From the NCBI GenBank assembly GCA_018710835.1, contig DVJC01000034.1:1-39692 (forward strand): DNA of 39,692 nt, written 5' to 3'. This document shows positions 10,773 through 20,994 of this stretch, one piece after another (position 1 is the first letter of the stretch; the number at the start of each line of letters is the position of its first letter). Origin of the DNA: Candidatus Limadaptatus stercoravium (lineage in GTDB: Bacteria; Bacillota; Clostridia; Christensenellales; CAG-917). Made by a program: the position numbers and the translations under genes. The notes below the pieces were generated by a model. The model saw only the letters and a list, made by a program, of their open reading frames with translations. It made no database searches and had not been told where the DNA came from.

Positions 10773-11842
10773 TGCTGACTCTCGACGGATTTGCGGTGCA
10801 GTATCTCTACGGCGCGCGGCTGTTCGGCGGCGTTGACGCGGAGTTCCGCGACGGCAAGATCGTCGCCGTTTACGGCGGCGAAGGCAGCGGAAAGACCTCT
10901 TTTCTCAAAGCGCTGTGCGGCGCGGAACGCGCGGAGGGCAGTGTGCTCCTCGACGGAGAGCCGGTCGTGCCGAAGACAGATAAAATCGTTATGGTGTTCG
11001 ACGACGGCGCGGTGTTCGCGTCGAAAAGCGTGTACGACAACCTCGCCTATCCTCTGAAGATCAGAGGGTTTGACCGGGCGGAGATCGCAGTCCGCGTGAC
11101 TGCGGCGGCGGAGGAGACGGGCATAAGCGCATGCCTGAATATGCGCGCGCGCACGCTCTCTCCGGCGGACAGGCGGCGGATGTCGCTGGCAAGACTGCTT
11201 GTGAGAAAGGCGCGGCTGTACCTTGTCGACGAACCGGCGAAGGGATTGACGCGTGAGGACGCGGAGGGCGTGTTCGGCGATTTCATGTCCGCTGCGCGCA
11301 GACTCGCAAAAGACGGCGCGACGGTGATATATTCCACGTCCGACCGCGCGGAAGCGCTTGCTGCCGGCGGCAGAATCGCGGTGCTTGTGGACGGAGAGGT
11401 CAAGCAGATAGGGACATATGCGGACATACGCCGCGCGCCCGACAGCATATGGGCGGCACAGGCGATAGATCCGTATTACAATTTTCTGCCGTGCATCCTC
11501 GAAGAGCAAGACGGAGTGCCCCTCCTCGTGTTCGGAGAGGGTGACGCCGTTCGGGCGGATGCGCTCCGCGGCAGGACGGCGCCGGGATACATGCACCGCG
11601 AAGTGTATGCCGGGTGGTATCCGGGTGACGCGGACAGGAGCGGTAAGACTGCGCCGACCGACTGCGTGTCATGCGACGTGTCGGGCTATATACTGCGCTC
11701 CGCGGACGGGATATACGAGAGGTGCGGCGAGAGAAGGGAGCGCGTGTTCGTGCGGCCCGACGCGGCGAAGGTCACCCTTTTCGACCGCGCGAACGAGTGC
11801 AGTATAATGACGGACGGAGAAGTCGCGGAGGAGAAAGCATGA
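10769..11842 (+). CDS. ABC-transporter-like ATP-binding protein (MalK/UgpC-like) with degenerate catalytic motifs
   Basis: Walker A GGEGSGKT and Walker B LYLVDEP are present. The signature reads LSPAD, the Q-loop Gln is absent and the H-loop His is absent. A C-terminal regulatory-type domain is present. Both ends overlap the neighbouring genes. Confidence 0.7.
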   Translation: MMLTLDGFAVQYLYGARLFGGVDAEFRDGKIVAVYGGEGSGKTSFLKALCGAERAEGSVLLDGEPVVPKTDKIVMVFDDGAVFASKSVYDNLAYPLKIRGFDRAEIAVRVTAAAEETGISACLNMRARTLSPADRRRMSLARLLVRKARLYLVDEPAKGLTREDAEGVFGDFMSAARRLAKDGATVIYSTSDRAEALAAGGRIAVLVDGEVKQIGTYADIRRAPDSIWAAQAIDPYYNFLPCILEEQDGVPLLVFGEGDAVRADALRGRTAPGYMHREVYAGWYPGDADRSGKTAPTDCVSCDVSGYILRSADGIYERCGERRERVFVRPDAAKVTLFDRANECSIMTDGEVAEEKA

Positions 11843-12336
11843 TCATTCTCGGTATAGATCCGGGGCTTGCGACCATGGGCTACGGAGTGGTGGAAAGCGT
11901 GAAAGGCAACGTGTCCGTCGTGGACTACGGCGTCGTCACCACGCCTAAGGACCTCACTCTTCCGCAGCGGCTCAGGCGTATAGAAGAGGGCGTGACCGCG
12001 CTCATCGAAAAGTTCCGTCCCGAAAACATCGCCATAGAGGAGCTGTTCTTCTCCAAGAACATCACCAACGGCATCATGGTGGCGGAGGCGAGGGGAGTCA
12101 TTCTGCTCACTGCGGACAAGCTCGTCGGAGAGGAAGTCTACGAATATACGCCCAACCAGATCAAGCAGGCTATCACGGGCTACGGCGGCGCGGACAAAAT
12201 GCAGATGCAGCTTATGGTGCAGGCACTCCTGCGTCTAAAAAAGGTGCCGCGTCCCGACGACGCGGCGGACGCGCTCGCAGTCGCCCTATGCCATGCCCAT
12301 ACGAGCAGATTGTCCACGCAGTTCAAGGTAAGGTGA
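11839..12336 (+). CDS. ruvC: Crossover junction endodeoxyribonuclease RuvC
   Basis: MIILGIDPGLATMGYGVV...IEELFF...PDDAADALAVALCH carries the catalytic acidic residues. The ATG at 11839 overlaps the upstream stop. Confidence 0.93.
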   Translation: MIILGIDPGLATMGYGVVESVKGNVSVVDYGVVTTPKDLTLPQRLRRIEEGVTALIEKFRPENIAIEELFFSKNITNGIMVAEARGVILLTADKLVGEEVYEYTPNQIKQAITGYGGADKMQMQLMVQALLRLKKVPRPDDAADALAVALCHAHTSRLSTQFKVR

Positions 12337-12372
12337 TGAGCGGGGAAGATGTCGGAGTACGGTCGTCAGCGC

Positions 12373-12447
12373 GCGGCGGATGCGCTCGCAGTCGCCCTAT
12401 GCCACGCCCACACGAGCAGACTGTCAACGCAGTTCAAGGTAAGGTGA
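12373..12447 (+). repeat. Second, displaced copy of the last 24 codons plus stop of ruvC
   Basis: 70/75 identical to 12262-12336 at an offset of 111 nt, so it is in the same frame. All 5 differences are synonymous. Confidence 0.9.
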
Positions 12448-12572
12448 CCTGACCGCAAACAGACAAACGACGTGCGCCGGCACGCGGAAGTAACACCGCG
12501 TTTGCGCTGCGCGCATACAAGAAGAACGCGCCTGCGGAAGCGGAGCGCGGTCGGATACGAGAGGAGGAATAT

Positions 12573-12962
12573 ATGCCGCTTGCGCCGAATGTGATCGCGG
12601 TCATTCTCAATCTTTTGCTGCTTGCGCTTACCCTTCCGCTTGCTTTCCGTATGGTGCCGATCAACTATCTTTTCGGTTACAGGACATCGGGAAGCACTGC
12701 GGACGAGAAGTCGTGGTGCGCGGCAAACACCGCGTTCGGAAGGACGGCGGCGGTCATATCGGCAGCCGCGCTCGCCGCGGGAGCGGTGATGCTGGGAGTG
12801 CGCTACGGCACCGACCTTCCTTTCTGGGAATACGGGTTCGCGCTCCTGTACATTCCGGTCGCGCTTTGCGTGGTGTGCGGACACATCGCGGCGAAACGCG
12901 CGCTTGCGAAACTCGCGGCGGAGCGCGAAAGCGCGGAAAGCCAGGAGAAGAGCGAGGGCTGA
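12573..12962 (+). CDS. SdpI/YhfL-family small membrane protein
   Basis: Three predicted TM segments and the family motif PINYLFGYRTSGS...W. Strong RBS gaggagg. Confidence 0.68.
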   Translation: MPLAPNVIAVILNLLLLALTLPLAFRMVPINYLFGYRTSGSTADEKSWCAANTAFGRTAAVISAAALAAGAVMLGVRYGTDLPFWEYGFALLYIPVALCVVCGHIAAKRALAKLAAERESAESQEKSEG

Positions 12963-13068
12963 GAGCGCGAACCGCGCACAGACGATACTGCCGCCGGTCG
13001 TCGGGATTCGGATGACGGCGCGGAAAAACCGGGAAAGAAAGTATTCTGCCTTTAAGGCGGGAGGGAAC

Positions 13069-13653
13069 ATGTACAATTATATCAAGGGCACGCTTGTCGC
13101 GGCTGAGCCGGGCATGGTGGTGCTGGAGAACAACGGTATAGGTTACGAACTGGGCGTGAGCGGCAACACTCTCGCCGATGCGGACAAGATAGGCAAGGAG
13201 ATGAAGCTCTACACCTATCTGTATGTGAGAGAGGACGTCTTTTCGCTTTACGGGTTTTCGCGCGCGGAGGAAAAGACGCTGTTCATGCGCCTCATCGACA
13301 TCAGCGGCGTCGGACCGAAGCTCGCCATGCAGATCCTGGGCGGCTACGACCTCGGCACGCTCACCGTTGCCATCGCGACGGGGGACATCAAGACGCTGTC
13401 CAAGATAAAGGGACTGGGCAAAAAGACGGCGGAACTCATTGTGCTCAATCTCCGCGAGCAGGTGGCTGTCGATATGGCGGACGCGTCGACGGAGATAGGC
13501 GGCAGCATGGATGCGGACGTGTCCGACGCGGTTTTCGCGCTCGTGTCGCTAGGTGTGTCCAACACCGAGGCGGTGCGCGCGGTGCAGAAGGCGAAGGAGA
13601 CCGCAAGCGGAGTGTCCGACCTCATCGCCACCGCGCTCAAATTCATAGGATAA
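13069..13653 (+). CDS. ruvA: Holliday junction branch migration complex subunit RuvA
   Basis: MYNYIKGTL...NGIGYEL N-terminus, the HhH motifs ISGVGPKLA and IKGLGKKTAE, and a C-terminal domain III. Confidence 0.93.
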   Translation: MYNYIKGTLVAAEPGMVVLENNGIGYELGVSGNTLADADKIGKEMKLYTYLYVREDVFSLYGFSRAEEKTLFMRLIDISGVGPKLAMQILGGYDLGTLTVAIATGDIKTLSKIKGLGKKTAELIVLNLREQVAVDMADASTEIGGSMDADVSDAVFALVSLGVSNTEAVRAVQKAKETASGVSDLIATALKFIG

Positions 13654-13715
13654 AGCAATATTTTGCAAAAACGGCGGTTTATTCCGTCGAAATATGCCGT
13701 TGAAACGGCGATACG

Positions 13716-14765
13716 GTGATTATGGACGACGAAAGAATTGTCAGCAGTCTGACGCTGGAAGACGATGAATCCGAGGTGACTCTCCGCCCGAAGTGCATGG
13801 CGGACTATGTCGGGCAGGACAAGATCAAGCTCAACCTCGGCATATTCATTTCCGCGGCTAAGGCGAGGGGAGAGGCCCTCGACCACGTTTTGCTGTACGG
13901 CCCTCCGGGACTCGGCAAGACCACGCTCGCGCACGTCATCGCCAACGAGCTCGGCGCGCAGATAAGAGTGACGTCCGGTCCGGCGATAGAAAGGCCGGCG
14001 GATCTTGCCGCCATTCTCACCAATCTCGAAAAGGGCGACATACTTTTCATCGACGAGATACACCGTCTCAACCGCAGCATAGAAGAAGTGCTGTATCCCG
14101 CAATGGAGGACTACTCGCTGGACATCGTATCCGGCAAGGGTCCCATGGCGCGCAGCATACGCATACCGCTCAAGAAGTTCACGCTCATCGGCGCGACGAC
14201 GCGGGCGGGGATGCTGTCCAGCCCGCTCCGCGACCGCTTCGGCATGCTGATGAGGCTTGAGATGTACACGCCTGCCGAGCTGGCGAAGATAATAAGGCGG
14301 TCCGCCGGCATTCTCGGCGTGAGCGTTGACGCGGACGCGGCGGAAGAGATCGCGCGGCGCAGCCGCGGCACTCCGCGCGTGGCGAACAGACTGCTGCGCC
14401 GTGTGCGCGATTTCGCGCAGGTGGAGGGGCTGGACGCGATCCCTCTCGGAGTCACGCGCAAGGCTCTCGAACATCTCGACGTGGACGAACTCGGACTCGA
14501 CGTCGTGGACAAGACGGTGCTCGAAACCATAGCAGGCAAATTCGGCGGCGGTCCCGTGGGACTGGATACGCTCGCCGCGGCGACGGGGGAGGAAGCCACC
14601 ACCATAGAGGACGTGGTGGAGCCTTTCCTCATTCAGCTGGGATTTTTGAGCAGGACGCCGCGCGGCAGGATGTGCACGGACAGCGCATACAGACATCTCG
14701 GCATGCCGCTGCCTCCCGGAAGGGGCGGCAACGTCGTGCAGACGAGCATCTTCGACGGAGAGTGA
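13716..14765 (+). CDS. ruvB: Holliday junction DNA helicase RuvB
   Basis: [12 protein letters not shown], Walker [18 protein letters not shown] and [10 protein letters not shown]. The start is the GTG at 13716 or the ATG at 13722. Confidence 0.95.
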   Translation: MIMDDERIVSSLTLEDDESEVTLRPKCMADYVGQDKIKLNLGIFISAAKARGEALDHVLLYGPPGLGKTTLAHVIANELGAQIRVTSGPAIERPADLAAILTNLEKGDILFIDEIHRLNRSIEEVLYPAMEDYSLDIVSGKGPMARSIRIPLKKFTLIGATTRAGMLSSPLRDRFGMLMRLEMYTPAELAKIIRRSAGILGVSVDADAAEEIARRSRGTPRVANRLLRRVRDFAQVEGLDAIPLGVTRKALEHLDVDELGLDVVDKTVLETIAGKFGGGPVGLDTLAAATGEEATTIEDVVEPFLIQLGFLSRTPRGRMCTDSAYRHLGMPLPPGRGGNVVQTSIFDGE

Positions 14766-14766
14766 T

Positions 14767-16997
<2,231 letters not shown>

Positions 16998-17032
16998 TTA
17001 GGGTTGAAACGCTAATTCGTGCCTTGATTCGG

Positions 17033-17060
17033 TTGATTTTGTCAACAAATCGTGTATAAT
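17033..17060 (+). promoter_or_regulatory. Putative sigma-70 promoter for yajC (ttgatt, 16 nt spacer, tataat)
   Basis: ttgatt at 17033-17038 and tataat at 17055-17060. RBS aaaggag lies before the ATG at 17117. Confidence 0.5.
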
Positions 17061-17116
17061 CGTTAGTATAACCCGAAAATAAACCCGTCCTATACGGAAA
17101 AAGGAGAAACAAATTT

Positions 17117-17521
17117 ATGGGCAACTGGTGGATTTATATAGTTATCGGCGTCATCCTCGTGGCGATGATCCTGCTCACCATCATTCCGCAGAAGAAGAGG
17201 CAGAAACAGCAGCAGGAGATGATGAACAGCCTTGCCGTCGGCACCAAGATCATGACGATCGGCAGACTCGTCGGCAAGATCACGCAGGTCAACCCCGACA
17301 ACACTCTCTATGTCAACGTCGGTACGGACGAAAACCCCACCATCATCGTCATTGACAGGAACGCGGTCGGTCTTGTGCTCGAGAACGTAGCCGCTCCCGC
17401 CGCTCCCGTTGCGGAGTCCGCCGCTCCCGCCGAAGAACCCAAGGCGGAAGAGGTGTTCACCGAAGAGAACGTGTCCGCACCCGAAGAGTCCGCCGGAGAC
17501 TCCGAGGAAAAGAAAGACTGA
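17117..17521 (+). CDS. yajC: Preprotein translocase subunit YajC with an acidic Ala/Pro/Glu-rich C-terminal extension
   Basis: One N-terminal TM segment followed by PQKKRQKQQQEMMNSLAVGTKIMTIGRLVGKI, the YajC core. Confidence 0.9.
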   Translation: MGNWWIYIVIGVILVAMILLTIIPQKKRQKQQQEMMNSLAVGTKIMTIGRLVGKITQVNPDNTLYVNVGTDENPTIIVIDRNAVGLVLENVAAPAAPVAESAAPAEEPKAEEVFTEENVSAPEESAGDSEEKKD

Positions 17522-17543
17522 ACGTTACACCCGTGAAAGAAAG

Positions 17544-17572
17544 AACCGCTCGAAAGAGCGGTTTTTCGTTTT
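17544..17572 (+). terminator. Intrinsic terminator after yajC
   Basis: aaccgctc-gaaa-gagcggtt followed by tttcgtttt. Confidence 0.8.
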
Positions 17573-17679
17573 AACGGCGCGTTCGGACATGATAAACCCG
17601 TGGAAAAGCGGCGCGTTTTACGCGGGTGCGGTAGACTACGGCAGAGTGGGACGCCGTCCGCGGAACGGGAGCATCCCCG

Positions 17680-18078
17680 TCACCTGTTCCGGCGTTCGCG
17701 GCGGGGGAGATTGACGGCGATGATGCCCGCGATGATCCCCGTGACGACGGTGGTGAGGAAATCGGCGAAATTGAAGTTCGCGCTCCTGAATCCGTCCGCC
17801 GCGGCGAATACGAACACGCACAGCAGAGTGTAGAGTATGCCTGTGACCGCGCCTTTGACCGCGCCGCCCGTCTTTGAACGGAAGCCGACGGTCACGCCGA
17901 CGAGCACGGAGATCGCCTTGATGACATAGTTGCCCACGGTGAGTGCCGTGCCGTCCAAAGACGCCCATCTCACGATGAGCGCGAATACGAGCACCAACAG
18001 GAGAGAGAGGATGAGAGCGATGAGCGAGGCGCGCAGAATGTCGGCGGCGTCTTTTTTGAGCAGTTCGGAGTTCTTCAT
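17680..18078 (-). CDS. Small integral membrane protein (YrzE/TIGR04086-like)
   Basis: The Met at 18078 gives a 132-aa protein with four hydrophobic segments (MKNSELLKKDAADILRASLIALILSLLLVLVF...). In Firmicutes the position next to yajC/secDF is typical for this family. Confidence 0.62.
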   Translation of the reverse strand: MKNSELLKKDAADILRASLIALILSLLLVLVFALIVRWASLDGTALTVGNYVIKAISVLVGVTVGFRSKTGGAVKGAVTGILYTLLCVFVFAAADGFRSANFNFADFLTTVVTGIIAGIIAVNLPRRERRNR

Positions 18079-18180
18079 ACCGAATTTTATGCCCGGAGGC
18101 GCGGAGATATGAGCGTGCGTGCGCGGAGAGTGCGGCCGCTTTCCGCGAGCATAAAAAACGCCGGAACACCGTGAAGAAAG

Positions 18181-18209
18181 TTGACTTAAGTGCATTATAT
18201 GGCTATAAT
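18181..18209 (+). promoter_or_regulatory. Sigma-70 promoter for secDF (ttgact, 17 nt spacer, tataat)
   Basis: ttgact at 18181-18186, a 17-nt spacer, and tataat at 18204-18209. A leader hairpin cacgcgcg-tagc-cgcgcgtg follows. Confidence 0.7.
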
Positions 18210-18292
18210 AAACAAAGCTGTGCACGCGCGTAGCCGCGCGTGGGCGCGTTATCAAGACCAATTTATTGCGCTTCGGCGCAGGAGTAAGCAAA

Positions 18293-19663
18293 GTGAATCT
18301 GAAGAAATCGATTGTGATTCTGACCGTGATCGCCGTGTTCATCATTCTGATGTCGGTGTTTGCGCTCGTGTCTTTCCCGGTGGCGGGCACGGTGTACGAC
18401 TATCACGGTTATGCAACGACCATTGACCTCGGTCTGGATCTGTCGGGCGGAATTTCCGCCGTGTTCGGAGTGCAGGACGACGGACTCGGCAACCTCGAGT
18501 CCAGAGTGGACGGCGCGGTGTCGACGCTGCAGAGCATGCTGGCGTCCGAAGGGTTTGCCGAAGCGACGGTGGCAAAGACGTCGAGCGACGGCAGCTATGC
18601 CATCCGTGTGGAGACAGCCGACGTGAGCGGCGCGGAAGACATGCTCGATCTGCTCGGACCCGCAAGGCTGCAGTTTGTCGGTTCGTCCTCGCAGGGGACT
18701 TCCGGCAGCACGCTTCCTTCCGACGCGAAGGTGGCTCTCGAAGGCAGCCAGCACCTTGCGGACGCGTACGTCACCATGCAGAACACCGGCAATGGCAACT
18801 CATACGCGATCGTTCTCCAATTCAACGAGGCGGGCACGCAGGCGTTCTCGGACCTTACGGGCGACTCCAGTTACGTCAACATTTACTTCAACGGCTCGCT
18901 GCTCACTTCCGTTAAGATCAGTTCCCAGATCACCAACGGCGTTGCCGTCATATCGGGCAGCTGGGATTACAATACCGCCAACGATTACGCGATGCGTTTC
19001 AGACTCTCCACTCTCGGCGTCACGCTTGACGACGGCGAGGTGGTGTCCGTATCTCCCACCTTCGGCGACGGAGCGGTGCTTGCCGCGATAATCGCCGTCG
19101 CGGTGTGCGTGGGCGTCGCGTTCATCGTGCTCGCGGTCATGTACAGAGGGCTCGGACTTGCGGCGATCATTTCCGTCGCCGTGGACGCGCTCGTGCTGAT
19201 ATGGTTCTGCGCGGTGCTCCCGTGGGTGCAGCTCACCATCGCGGGCATTGCGGGACTTGTCCTTTCCGTATTCTTTGCGGCGGACGCTAACATCGTGATC
19301 CTCGAAAGGATCCGCGGCGAATACCGCAATAGCCTGAAGCCCATTCCTTCCGCGGTGAAGGCGGGGTTCAAACGCTCTCTCGGCGCGGTCATAGACAGCT
19401 GCGTCGCGGTGCTCGTGTTTGCGATCATGCTTTGGGCGATAGGCTCCGCGGCGTCGGTCGGACTTGCGGTCACGCTGCTTGTGGGCATCATTCTCGCGGC
19501 TGTCTCGTCGCTCCTGCTCACCCGCGTCATCATCAACTGCTTCCTGCCCGTTAACAGCACCAGCGAGAAGTTCTACGGTCTGAAGAGAGCGGAGGAGGAA
19601 GAGCATGAACAGGAAAGCGATTTCCTTAAAAACGACGTTGTTACGGGAGGTGAGGTGAAATGA
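18293..19663 (+). CDS. secD: Protein translocase subunit SecD
   Basis: N-terminal TM segment, periplasmic P1-type domain and a C-terminal 5-TM block (LAAIISVAVDALVLIWF...ILERIR). The GTG at 18293 lies 8 nt after aggag. Confidence 0.9.
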   Translation: MNLKKSIVILTVIAVFIILMSVFALVSFPVAGTVYDYHGYATTIDLGLDLSGGISAVFGVQDDGLGNLESRVDGAVSTLQSMLASEGFAEATVAKTSSDGSYAIRVETADVSGAEDMLDLLGPARLQFVGSSSQGTSGSTLPSDAKVALEGSQHLADAYVTMQNTGNGNSYAIVLQFNEAGTQAFSDLTGDSSYVNIYFNGSLLTSVKISSQITNGVAVISGSWDYNTANDYAMRFRLSTLGVTLDDGEVVSVSPTFGDGAVLAAIIAVAVCVGVAFIVLAVMYRGLGLAAIISVAVDALVLIWFCAVLPWVQLTIAGIAGLVLSVFFAADANIVILERIRGEYRNSLKPIPSAVKAGFKRSLGAVIDSCVAVLVFAIMLWAIGSAASVGLAVTLLVGIILAAVSSLLLTRVIINCFLPVNSTSEKFYGLKRAEEEEHEQESDFLKNDVVTGGEVK

Positions 19664-20883
19664 AAAATGCCGCATTTTCCGCAGGAATGAAACATTTCAA
19701 GGTCAGCAGACTCGCAAAGTTCGCGGCGGTATTCTCCGTACTCATCGTGCTTGTCGCGGTGGCGGTCATCATCGGCGTGGGTGAAACGACGGGCAATTAC
19801 ACTTCCGCCGTCGGCATAGGCATCGACTTCCGGGGCGGCACCATCCTCACCGTAAACGATCTCGCCGACGACGAAAATCTCGCCGACAGGATAGACGCTA
19901 TCGAGAACGCGATCGAGAGCGTGCGCGACGTCAACGGCAGCACCGTCACGATCAGCTATGTGCAGCGTCTCGGCGGCAGCGGCGGAGTGGACGTGATCTT
20001 CCGCTATCAGAACGTATCCGGCGACGAGAGCGCGATCGACGGGCTCAACGCGGACATCGTTTCCGCCGTGAACGGACTGCTTTATCCCGACGGGGAAGCC
20101 CCGGCGGACGCGGTCACGACCGAGTTTATCGGCGCGACGGCGGCGGACGACCTTATCATGAGGACGGGAGTCGCATTCGCGGTGGCGGCGGTGATAGTCG
20201 CACTCTATGTGCTCATCCGCTTCAAACCCGCGGCTGCAGTGTCCGTACTCATAGTGCTCATCCACGATATCGCGGTAATGTTTGCGCTCACCGTCATTTG
20301 CAGAGTGCAGATCAACACCCAGTTCATTGTCGCGCTGCTTGCGATGATGGTGTTCTCGGTCGCAAGTGCGCTCGTCCTCTACGACCGTTGCCGCGGGCAC
20401 GTTAAACCCCTCAAGGGCATGAAGAACATTGATTACGCAGCCGTAGGCGACGCCGCGGTGCGCGAAAATATGCGCAAGAGCGTCATTGCGGCGGTCATTC
20501 TGCTGGCGGCTGCGGTGCTCCTTTCCGCGCTCGGAAGCGCGTCCATGAGAGAGTTCAGCATCCCGTTCATGCTGGGAGTGCTCACCGTGCTCTATTCCTC
20601 GGTGTTCGTGTCCGCGCCTCTCTGGGCGGCTCTGTCCGACGCGTTCGACAAGCTGAATGCCAAGCGTACCGCCGGAGCCGTTTACGCAGGTGCGTCCTCC
20701 GACGATGACAAAGAGCAGATCGTTGCCGTGAAGAAAGACGAGGACGATGACGGGGACGGCTTTGCCCCCCAAAAGACTCGGAAGAGCAGCGGGTCCGACG
20801 GAAGCAAACCCGACGGAAACAAACCCAAGGGCAAGCCGATCTACAAATATTCGAAGAAGAACACGACGTTCAAGAAGAAGTAA
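19660..20883 (+). CDS. secF: Protein translocase subunit SecF with a Lys/Asp-rich C-terminal tail
   Basis: SecF topology and the GIDFRGGT motif. The ATG overlaps the secD stop. The last ~85 aa are low complexity. Confidence 0.9.
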   Translation: MKNAAFSAGMKHFKVSRLAKFAAVFSVLIVLVAVAVIIGVGETTGNYTSAVGIGIDFRGGTILTVNDLADDENLADRIDAIENAIESVRDVNGSTVTISYVQRLGGSGGVDVIFRYQNVSGDESAIDGLNADIVSAVNGLLYPDGEAPADAVTTEFIGATAADDLIMRTGVAFAVAAVIVALYVLIRFKPAAAVSVLIVLIHDIAVMFALTVICRVQINTQFIVALLAMMVFSVASALVLYDRCRGHVKPLKGMKNIDYAAVGDAAVRENMRKSVIAAVILLAAAVLLSALGSASMREFSIPFMLGVLTVLYSSVFVSAPLWAALSDAFDKLNAKRTAGAVYAGASSDDDKEQIVAVKKDEDDDGDGFAPQKTRKSSGSDGSKPDGNKPKGKPIYKYSKKNTTFKKK

Positions 20884-20889
20884 GACGAA

Positions 20890-20915
20890 AACGCCTCCCC
20901 ACGGAGGCGTTATTC
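20890..20915 (+). terminator. Hairpin after secF (weak T tract)
   Basis: aacgcctcc-ccac-ggaggcgtt followed by attcg. Confidence 0.45.
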
Positions 20916-20994
20916 GCAAGCTATACGGTATGCCGTGAAGAGGCTGTGCGCAGACGCACAGACGCACATCGGCGGAAAACATCGGAGGAAAGAG

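Noticed and set aside
20640-20883. The Lys/Asp-rich ~85-aa tail of SecF and the Ala/Pro/Glu-rich tail of YajC (17400-17521), considered as possible separate or functional modules.
   Set aside because: These are low-complexity extensions, which are common in GC-rich Firmicutes membrane proteins. No motif or independent ORF signal is present, so nothing is testable from sequence alone.
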